Assembly (NCBI GenBank): GCA_964016885.1
Contig: OZ024743.1
Span: 248,001-312,000, forward strand
From: Eledone cirrhosa
Taxonomy: Eukaryota
DNA length: 64,000 bases
Direction: 5' to 3'
Shown: in pieces, positions 53,601-64,000 of the stretch
Position numbering within the stretch: the stretch's first letter is position 1
Layout of the letters: each line of letters opens with the position of its first letter
Notes under the pieces: model-generated
Databases searched by the model: none
What the model was told of the DNA's origin: nothing
Seen by the model: the letters and a program-made list of their open reading frames with translations, nothing else
Program-made: the position numbers and the translations under genes

Positions 53601-55490
53601 AAGCGGGTCGGCTAATAATTAGCACATGATCCTATTATACTGCGACATACATTCCTATTCACGAATTCCTCTTTTACGACTGGCACTGCATCATTTTCTT
53701 GAGCTATATCTACTTATCTTTATTACTTCAGCTAAGTTTAATTGACTCGTCTTGGTGAAATTCAAACCATGTTGAACTAGCGAATTTTTCCTATTCAGGA
53801 AAAAGAGTTATGGTGTTGATTGCAGCAGCAATAGAGAAAGACGAATTCTATTTTCTTTTCTTATTCACCAACCGAGAGTTAAAGATATGTTATTAAAGTG
53901 AGATTAACTAATAATTAAAGGATTAAATTGATAAATAATTTTCGAGGATTAAGTAAGTCAGGCAATTATAACGTGTTTTTATCCGATGATTTAATCAAAT
54001 CCTATGTTATTGTAGCCTTATTTAAATCACGAGTCGCCTAATAGGATTCTGGTATATTGAGGATTAATTAATCGGATAATTAATTGATCACTAATTTATT
54101 AGTGTAGTATACCTAGTGAATACTAAGCTAATTAATGTTATTATAGGGTCAGCGAGTTGTTATTAATTGTGTTGATAAGGTATCAACATGGCGACCGAAG
54201 AACGGCCATTCACAAGAGATTTTTTAGCACTCCGCTCTAGCTCCGGCAACGGATTGCTTGTTCAATAAAGTAGCTTAAGCACAGTCGCTTAACATGCTAG
54301 AAATAGCAACCAAATCTCCACATAACGTTTTTAAAAAAGAAAGGATACATTGTTTAATGTAGTCCTAGATATACTATGTTTGAAACAAAAGACAGGATAA
54401 GCACTGTTATAAGAACTTTGGTCAGAGATATGCTCGATCAGAGCTAATCTGGGACTGATCGACAACGAAATCTTTAATGACAAGAAGTTCACTACACATA
54501 AATTTCAAATAGTCCAATCCAACAATGTTTCGCTGTGGAGATCTAATAAAATCGAAACATAACAGTTGCTTTCACTAGTTTCATCGTCATTATTTTCCAA
54601 AAGTTTTGATTGCCTGATATGACTAGTGTAATTTCCTTTGTTTGTTGTTTTCAGATTTGTAACACTCTTAGAGGGAATTTTCACTACTAATCTCAGTTGA
54701 TTGATGTTCTTCAGCCGATTATATTACATATGTATGAATTTAGTATGCAGATTAAGGTGTTTAATGTGACAGTCATAAGAGCGTTGAACATGTTTTCCAT
54801 ATCTCTGCGCTCAGAGTTCAAGTCCTGTAGAAGTCTACTTTGCTTTCCTCCTGTTCTAAATCAATAAAGAAAGTAGTAGCTCCCTTTCCTTCCAACTGTT
54901 ACAACCTGGATGTTCCGCTGGTTCAAGGAATGGAGAGTTGAATGGGTGTGTGTGCCAGTTCAAAACTGCATGGTGAACCTAAAATACCCTCAGCGAAAAC
55001 ATAGTACATAGCACCAAGCCACACTCGATTGCTAATAACGGTAGTAGATATTTTAATCTGCAGATATTTCTCTTTCAGTACTTTTTCTCAACTGTAATAT
55101 TTTTTGCTCGTGGGTTTAAGAAAGTATCAGATTCATGACTGGCGTGAATAAGACCACCGCAACTGCAATATGGTGAGAGGGACGAAAAAGAACCATGTTG
55201 CATCGTCCTTCACGTAGGTAAACAAATGAGGAGCCTTTTCGAAAAATATATTGCATATATACACACACACAAACACACACACACATATATATATAAACAT
55301 GCCACTATACGAATACATATACTCAAACACTACATATATACACACAAGCATATATACATGTAGACTCACATATGTTCCTCCACCTTTTAATTGATTTTGT
55401 TTTTCAACCCGGATTTTGTCGAAATCTCGCATAGATTACCGGTAAATAAATATAGATTTCTAATAATTTGCTTTATATATATATACACTT

Positions 55491-56044
55491 TATATATATA
55501 TATATATATGCAGAAATTATATTTAATTTGTTGGGATTCAACAAGCTTAAAGGTTTTATAACTGATATAAAACACTCAACAAGTTACTGGAGTAAATATT
55601 CAATATATTAATAAATGGAAACTATATTTATAAAACCATAATTATTTTATTATATATATTTCAAGGGCCACCAAGGCAGTTTTGGTGCGCTTTCATCAGA
55701 TAAAATACAAAATATGTTTTATAAATGTTGACATACCCGTAGAAAAACAACCTTGACGGTTGAAGGTTCGACTATCCAGCGAACCTTCAACCGTCAAGGT
55801 TGTTTTTCTACGGCTATGTCAACATTTATAAAACATATTTTGTATTTTATCTGATGAAAGCGCACAAAAACTGCCTTGGTTGCCCTTGAAATATATATAA
55901 TAAAATAATTATGGTTTTATAAATATAGTTTCCATTTATTAATATATATATATATATATATATATAAGTATTGAAGTTTCCGTTGAAAACAGAAAAAGTC
56001 ATAGGAGTGAAGAGTGCTCTATGTAAGTACCAGAGCAAAATTTA

Positions 56045-56100
<56 letters not shown>

Positions 56101-56102
56101 TT
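55491..56102. mobile_element. Palindromic pLTR insertion with hammerheads at 55643-55707 (-) and 55843-55907 (+)
   Basis: Arms ~55602-55770 / ~55780-55945; TATTTTAT-CTGATGA...GAAATATATATA-ATAAAATA; flanked by duplicated (TA)nCACTT. Confidence 0.8.
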
Positions 56103-57450
56103 CTAGAGATAGTTCACCTTATTATAATTGAACTAGGCGGGTCTATTGGAAAATTGGGACGGTGATTGAGGAAAAAGGAAAATCAAGACTGTAAAAATAT
56201 ATATTCATATATAGAAGAAGAAGAAGAAAAAGAAAAAGAAAAAGAAAAAGAAAAAGAAGAAGAAGAAGAAGAAGAAGAAGGCACCCCCCCCCCCAAAAAA
56301 AAAACCACAACGACAGTAAAAACAACACCAGCAACAGTAACAACACCAAAATTAACAGCAACAACAGCACCAACAACAGCAAGAAGAAGAGTGACACTAT
56401 CAACAACAACAACAACAACGACGACAACATCAACAACACTAACAAGAACACTAACAACATCAACAGCAGCAGCAAAAACAATTGTCGCTGTTGTTGCTTC
56501 TGCTGCTATTGGTGCTGTTGCTGCGTGTATTACTGCTACTTTTGCCGCTCCGATTGTTGCTCTAGCTGCTTGCCTTTTGTAAAGTTCCCACACAAAACGC
56601 CAGCAAGCAATTTCGTACCCTGTGACCACAAAAAACTGCATCGCATCTGTATCCACTTAGTAATCAGTTTTTGTGTTATATACTCCCCTACCTTCTGCTC
56701 CACGACCTCTGACTCCGCCGGCTCCACCATCCATACCCCAACCCCATCACCAGCAACAACAACAACACAATCATCAAATTGAAAAAGTCTGAAGTAGAGT
56801 TACCATCATAAACATTTCATATATATACATTTTATGAAATCACTTGTTAAACTGTAAGGAGAAGAATTAGCGGATTCCGTGGAAATACCACGTTATATAA
56901 ATGTTCTTATTTCTATATCGATATATATATATATAAATTTATAGATTTTCAAATTTCTCATTGATAAAGATTTCGATAATGTCTTCAGAATTGATCCTTA
57001 GTTAAGTTTGTTTAAATTATGACATTCTTCGACAAGTTTGTGAAGAAAAAATGCAGAAAAATTAATAGAATATATTTCATTTGATATGTTTGTGTGTGAC
57101 TATGTGTGTGTGTGTGTGTGGAATGAAATGGACCACCGTTGGCTTCAAAGATGAGTGTCTCAGTTGTTTGATTAACGGAACAGTTTGCTTATCAAATTAA
57201 AATGTACATGGCTAGTATTCCATATACATATCCTCTTAATGTAAATATCAGGAAAATTCGATGTACACGGCTGGTCATTTGAATTGCAGGTACATTCCAT
57301 CCGATAGGATTCTGAACAGTTTCCGTCCACACATTTTCTCTTACAAGGCGTGTGTCAATCCGAAACTATAGTAAATTACACTTGCCTAGGATGCTGCGGA
57401 GTTAAATCTAACCCTTCGGCCATGCTGCGCCCAGAGGTAGGTGCGTATTC

Positions 57451-57646
57451 CAGACCTGCCAACCTCTAAAACCCCAAACGGGGAGTACCATGAAAAAAAG
57501 TGCCCCGAAACGGGGAGAAATGAGGCAAAATGGGAAGATTTTACATAATGAAAGCTATACCCATTTTTACAAAAGAAGACATCTCTCACCCACCACAAAG
57601 TGGGTGGGAGATCTCCCCGTCGGACGGGGAGAGTTGACAGGTCTTG
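57451..57646. mobile_element. Small hAT-like MITE
   Basis: CAGACCTGCCAAC ... GTTGACAGGTCT terminal inverted repeats; repeated ACGGGGAG subterminal motifs; TSD not clear. Confidence 0.55.
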
Positions 57647-58422
57647 TATACTAATCCCAAGATGCCAAATAACAACTCTGGGGGATAATGATTTCTAATT
57701 TAGGCACAAGATCAACAATTTTGAGGAAAGGAGCTGGTCGATTATATAGACTCTGAAAGAAGGAAACGCAAATTGATTTCAGTGATATTTAAACACAGAA
57801 AGGAAAGAGCTATAACAAAATTCTACGAAGCATTTTTTCCAGTGCTCTACCAATTCTGCCTAAGCAGCCCCCTTCTATACTAATGGATACTAAAGAAAAG
57901 CTGTGTCACAGGAATACAAATACCTGATATTTATAGTATTTATTGTGCTAAATAAAAAAAAACATCTTCCGATCTGTTTAGGTTTTGTGTGACAGGAATT
58001 CAATTTTTTAAAGATCCATGTAATTTAGAATTTATTGAAATACTATCAAATAGGCATACCTATAGTTTAAAAAATTGCCTGGTTTGATTTTCTGCTGTAC
58101 TTTGCTTTAGAACTGTCCCGTTAACAAATTCAGCAGAAGACAGCAAACATACTGGGGTTTCAATTGCCTAGGTAAGGCACTTGGTAAAAATATCCTAAAG
58201 AAAACATTCAACCGTAGGTTTTCCAGAAAAAGCTCATACGATACTTCAAGAAATAAACCTTTAATAAAATGATGTGTCCTAATGCTTCATAACACTAGAT
58301 GTCCCTTACTATATCTGAATAATTTTCGGTTATATGATTTCCCACAAAAAGCTGCACCAACACATTATTAATTCCATTCAACTAGCAAAGCATATTATAC
58401 AGCCATCTACCAAACTTTATAT

Positions 58423-58423
<1 letters not shown>

Positions 58424-58504
<81 letters not shown>

Positions 58505-58510
58505 CACTAT

Positions 58511-58585
<75 letters not shown>

Positions 58586-58586
58586 A
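58424..58586. repeat. (CTA)n microsatellite
   Basis: Direct. Confidence 0.95.
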
Positions 58587-58624
58587 ACTGCTGCTCTGCT
58601 GCTGCTGCTGCTGCTGGAAATAAT

Positions 58625-58815
58625 GGTTTCCAATTTAGGCACAAAACGAGCAATTTGTGGGGAAGGGGAAGTCGATTATTTCGACCCCAGTACTTGACTG
58701 GCACCTTATTTAATCGACCTCGGAAAGATGAAAGGCAAAGTTGAATGTTAAGAGCCGGAACACAAAAGAGGAAAGCATTCTATACAAAGCTCTAACTAGT
58801 TTGCCAGTTACCGGC
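58625..58815 (-). mobile_element. tRNA-derived SINE
   Basis: TTTAGGCACAAAAC...TCGACCCCAGTACTTGACTGG...GATGAAAGGCAAAGTTG. Confidence 0.65.
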
Positions 58816-59984
58816 CTTAATACATAGACACAGACATACGCACATATATATGTCTAATATCTAATATCAACATTATTTTAGACATATCTTTGTAAATATG
58901 ATTTGAGATCGAAACAAACAAAAAAATAAATAAATTATCCAAAGAGGATGACAAATTGCACAATGGACAACACATTCGCTTAACACACATACACACACGC
59001 ACACCACACACACACATACACACATAGTCAGGAGTAGATGCGTTTGCATGTACTTATTATATCAAGGAGCAGAGACATTATGTAGAAAGCTGGTGGATTG
59101 CTTGTCTCATAAAACAATTTATGGTGGTATAATTCATCTGTAATAAATACACTCCAATTTATATTTACTTACAAATCTTTGTGAATTATCAATATCGTTT
59201 TGGTCTCTTCCTCTCTCTCCCTCTACCCTCCTTTCTCTGTCTCTCTTTCTCTTCTTTTCCTCCTTTCATTTCTTCTACTTCTTCATTCCGAATAAGATTG
59301 TTCGTTTTGTTTTAAATATATCTATGGTTGTGTTATTAAGGCATGTTGGTTTGGGGTTTAATCCTACCTCATGATAAATTGGGAAGGTGGCTTCAACTAT
59401 AACCCCGACTTGTTCAATACCCAATGAGTGAACATTTCATAAACGGAAACCGAGTAAGGCCGTCGGACATTCATCAATATGGCAAGAACATGAACTCACG
59501 CCCTGGGCACCGAGAGCATTTCAACGTAGTTGCAAAAATAGCAACTACCCCTGCCTTTACTACACCTCTAAAGAAACTACAGAAGTGGTGGTATATAATT
59601 ATCGTGGATATACAGAAATCGCTGTCTATGCGTGGCTCGAAAAGGTTTATTTCTTAACCTGCGTTTCAAGGAGTGGCGGGTAAGATAAAAACGGAAAACA
59701 TACTATGGGTGCAAAAAGTGCCTACACACCAGATTTTATAGAGACACACACTTTAGTGACTCGAGGACCACTAACTACATATTCGAAGGCGTTAAGCTAC
59801 CAACAAGCAAAAATAAGGTCATATAAGCTGAAACTACAAACACTAAAGAGGTCAAGTGTTTCTTCTCATATATATATATGTGCGTATTCGTATAGTGGCG
59901 TGTTTATATATATATATATAAATTAATAAAAATAATGAATAAAAACAAAGAAACAGTTCCTTATATTAAAAAAAATCATTATAT

Positions 59985-60312
59985 ATATATATATAAATAA
60001 ACATGCCACTATCCGAATACATATACTCAAACACTACATATATACACACAAGCATATATACGTGTAGACACATTTGTATTCCTCCGCCTTTTAATTGGTT
60101 TTGTTTTTCAACCCGGATCTTGTCGAAATCTCGCACAGATTACCGGTAAATAAATATAGATTTCTAAGAATTTGCTTGATATATATATAGTATACACTTC
60201 TGGAGGTAGTTCACCTTATTATAATTGAACTAGGCGGGTCTATTGGAAAATTGGGACGGTGATTGAGGAAAAAGGAAAATCAAGACTGTAAAAATATATA
60301 TCCATATATATA
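59985..60312. repeat. Uninterrupted paralogue of 55280-55490 + 56090-56215
   Basis: AAACATGCCACTAT...TTTGCTT and CACTTCT..AGTTCACCTTATTATAATTGAACTAGGCGGG are contiguous here. Confidence 0.85.
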
Positions 60313-60730
60313 TAGAAGAAGAAGAAGAAGAAGAAGAAGAAGAAGAAGAAGAAGAAGAATTACCTTCTTGCTAAGGATATTTAGGGAACTGAGAAAGTCT
60401 GACTATTGATTAAGGCAGACCCAATCTTGAATAGATATTACTATACACTACTTAGTCATATGGTGAATCTTGTCATTGCACTGCAATAGACTTCAGGATC
60501 CCTAATAATTCCCCCCCCCCAACATACACATTTGAGTATGATATATACATAGTATATGTGTATGTATAATGTATATATTTCAGCAGATTCATTAAAGTTG
60601 ACTTAATACCAGCGATCTTCGTTACCTTTATATATATATATACACACATACATATGCCTATATATATATATGATGGCTGCCCCCTCGTTATCGAGTATGG
60701 CCATTGCACGAGAAAAAAAAAAAAAAAAAA

Positions 60731-60762
<32 letters not shown>

Positions 60763-60818
60763 TAATAATAAATAAATAAAAAAAAATAAATAAATAAATA
60801 AATAAATTTTTTTTAAAA

Positions 60819-60973
60819 TTATCTGAGACGAGGCCAGCTGGAGATGGTCATCCTACGGAATCCCGTGGAGAATATACACTCCTCTGGAAAGGAAGAGATG
60901 AAGGAACCAGAAGAGAGGCTGGGGTAGGAGTGGCTGTTAAGACTGTGCTTGTGAACAAACTAGAAGAATTCCC
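60819..60973 (+). pseudogene. RTE-clade APE endonuclease fragment
   Basis: LSETRPAGDGHPTESRGEYTLLWKGRDEGTRREAGVGVAVKTVLVNKLEEFP. Confidence 0.75.
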
Positions 60974-61779
60974 ATACATACATACATACATACATTTAAC
61001 GTAATATGGCCAAATAGTTCAGAAGTTAGCTTCGCTTTGTTAAGGTTCTGGGTTTGATACCACTGCGAGGCATTAGATCAGGTATCATTTTTCTTAGCCT
61101 CTGGGTTTTCCAAGTCAGCTGATGAAAAATGAGTGGATAGAAACTGGTCAGAACCACGTCGGGTAGAGTGCACCTGTAGTTCAAAAGGCCACCATTATTA
61201 CACACTCTGTTAGAGTGGAAATTCTTACCTTAAGGGCATAGATATCTGGAAAATGCTCAGCTACCTGCACATTAATTTTACAAGCAGGCTGTTCCATTGA
61301 TCGAATAACTGACACACTCATCGTGGAAACTGACAGAAGCCCATTTACAGTTTTTACATATATATATACATATGTTCGTACATACGCACATGCACACATA
61401 CGTACATGCACACATACGTACATGCACACATACGTACATGCACACATACGCACATGAACACATACATATATACATAGATATACATACAGACAGACAACAC
61501 ATACACATATATTCATATAAACATTCATAGATCAATACGTACATACATGGTGATTGCTTCATCTTTGCAGATGATTGCCGTCTTCCTATTCACCCCCAAC
61601 AACCGACACCAACTTTAAACGCCCGTTCATGGCCTCTTAGGTCGCTTTTAGGTCCAGCTGCAGATTTGCACGATCTGCAGCAAATGTGACAGACATTGGA
61701 TTGATTGAGTTAGTTAGTGGGATGTCAGTTTGTGGGATGTCATACTTATGTACCCTCGTACTCCTTTTAAGACGGTATA

Positions 61780-62303
61780 TACATACATAGACACACATAC
61801 ACAGACATACACATATATTTATACATACGTACGTACACATGTACATACATATATACTTATATACATACATACATACATACACACATACATACATACATAT
61901 ATACATACATACGTACATACATATATACATACATAGACACACATACACAGACATACACATATATTTATCAATACGTACGTACACATGTACATACATATAT
62001 ACTTACATACATACATACATACATATATACATACATACATATATACATATATACATACATAGACACACATACACATACATACACACATACAAACACATAT
62101 TTATACATACGTACGTACACATGTACATACACATATACTCACATACATACATACATACATACATACTTACATACATACATACATATATACATACATACGC
62201 ACATACATATATACATACATAGACACACATATACATACATACACACATACAAACACATATCTATACATACGTACGTACACATGTACATACATATATACTT
62301 ATA

Positions 62304-62337
<34 letters not shown>

Positions 62338-62451
62338 CATACATACGTGCATACATATATACATACATAGACACACATATACATACATACACACATACAA
62401 ACACATATTTATACATACGTACGTACACATGTACATACATATATACTTATA

Positions 62452-62485
<34 letters not shown>

Positions 62486-62927
62486 CATACATACGTACAT
62501 ACATATATACATACATACATACATACATACGTACATACACAAATACATACATAGACACGCATACACATACATACACACATACAAACACATATTTATACAT
62601 ACGTACGTACACATGCACATACATATATACTTATATACATACATACATACATATATACATACATACATATATACATATATACATACATAGACACACATAC
62701 ACATACATACACACATACAAACACATATTTATACATACGTACGTACACATGTACATACATATATACTTACATACATACATACATACATACATACTTACAG
62801 TACATACATACATATATACATACATACGCACATACATATATACATACATAGACACACATATACATACATACACACATACAAACACATATTTATACATACG
62901 TACGTACACATGTACATACATATATAC

Positions 62928-62968
<41 letters not shown>

Positions 62969-62970
62969 TA
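61780..62970. repeat. (CATA)n-derived compound minisatellite with ~140-180-bp higher-order period
   Basis: TATTTATACATACGTACGTACACATGTACATACATATATACTT recurs ~8 times. Confidence 0.85.
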
Positions 62971-62994
62971 CACACATATGCATATGCATATATA

Positions 62995-63830
62995 CAATAT
63001 ACATCAGACAAATAGGCTCCCGTCTGGTGAACCGATTCCCAGAACACATTAGGGCCATATGAATTGGCAGGTTTACCCCCATCGCTCGTTATATCCGTCG
63101 TTCACCAAAGCACTCTCCTTAACATCTCCCAGTCCTGGATGTCCTATTGCATCACGGATCGCCGGCCTCACACTCAACTTGATTTTCCGCCTTGGGTCCA
63201 GTCTCCCAAATGCACTCAACTCCTCCTTACATTTTCTTTAATCAATACTTACTCACAAACGCCTGCTTCTATATATTTAATCACTGTAACCCCTACCTCG
63301 TCTGCTGTCACATGCGCACGCTCATACACCCCTCCAGTTTCCGACATCTTCTTTACGGTTAGAGACACACACCGTACAGAATAACAACAAATAAACATGC
63401 GCACACATTACACACATACACACTTACATTATACACTGATATAAGCTCACAGCTTCGTACAGACAAACAACAAACATACACACACACTTACACAATTTCA
63501 CACATTAATATTCACTCTATATACACAAGGATTTTTTCCCCTTTGATCACAGCCTTTCAAAAGACGATCGACTGTACTTCCTACACCATAAACGCTCCTA
63601 TCAACAGTTTTCTAGGAGATGGTGAAATGAACAGACCTGCTTCTTCTCACAGAAGTTGTTTTCGTTCCTACCCCTGCTTACTCTCTTCTATCTTTCTATT
63701 TCTCTTTTAGCTTCACATTCTATTTTGCGATGAAAGAATAGCGTCCAAACGTAATCATTTTTCATACTATATTAATCATGAAACTAATATATATCTTCAT
63801 TGTACTTCATCGTCTGTTGTGTTTTCCCAT
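62995..63830 (+). mobile_element. Decayed PLE 3' part (GIY-YIG + 3' UTR with eroded hammerhead)
   Basis: YIRQIGSRLVNRFPEHIRAI...PIARY...HS and LIFRLGSSLPNALN resemble YIGQT..RL..RF.EH and LIFRLGTL.P.GLN; GCGATGAAAGAATAGCGTCCAAACGTAA at ~63727. Confidence 0.6.
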
Positions 63831-63936
63831 TTACTTTACACACACACATATATATATATATAGAAACCGTGTTGTGTCGGGAAGAGGGTAATCACAGTTA
63901 AAATAGGTACTTAATACATTGGTAGAGTATAGGCAT

Positions 63937-63979
<43 letters not shown>

Positions 63980-64000
63980 TATAAATATGGTACCAGGAAA

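Noticed and set aside
56143-56782. Mucin-like or membrane-protein-like ORFs (poly-E, poly-T, poly-V/L)
   Set aside because: They are products of (GAA)n, (CAA)n and (GCT)n simple repeats, and they begin inside a dispersed repeat.
58334-58744. Poly-tyrosine protein
   Set aside because: It is a (CTA)n microsatellite followed by a SINE.

Overview
AT-rich, microsatellite-saturated eukaryotic DNA. The SINE family and repeat load suggest a cephalopod such as Octopus (inference). No host protein-coding gene is confidently supported; the window is essentially a retroelement landscape. (1) 6.4-21.7 kb is a pile-up in (TTA)n microsatellites of two non-LTR retrotransposon types in opposite orientations: R4/Dong-like (restriction-like endonuclease, minus strand) and Tx1-like (APE-RT, plus strand). 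Exactly at the 5' truncation point of the longest R4/Dong copy sits a ~6.56 kb, ~197-unit tandem array. Its 29-bp core is the element's own RT-coding sequence (GLDKCAKAT), joined either by the native continuation or by a piece of the TAA target. (2) A decayed Penelope-like element (PLE; RT + C-terminal GIY-YIG) lies at 22.5-24.1 kb, with several GIY-YIG remnants elsewhere. (3) More than a dozen type I hammerhead ribozyme motifs from several families occur in (TA)n-flanked units, often as head-to-head palindromes. Three of them carry a compensatory U3-A8 core, and one palindromic unit can be compared with an empty-site paralogue that shows a target-site duplication. (4) RTE fragments, tRNA-type SINEs, Tigger- and hAT-like MITEs and simple repeats fill the rest. 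Coordinates were counted by eye, and ribozyme activity is predicted only.
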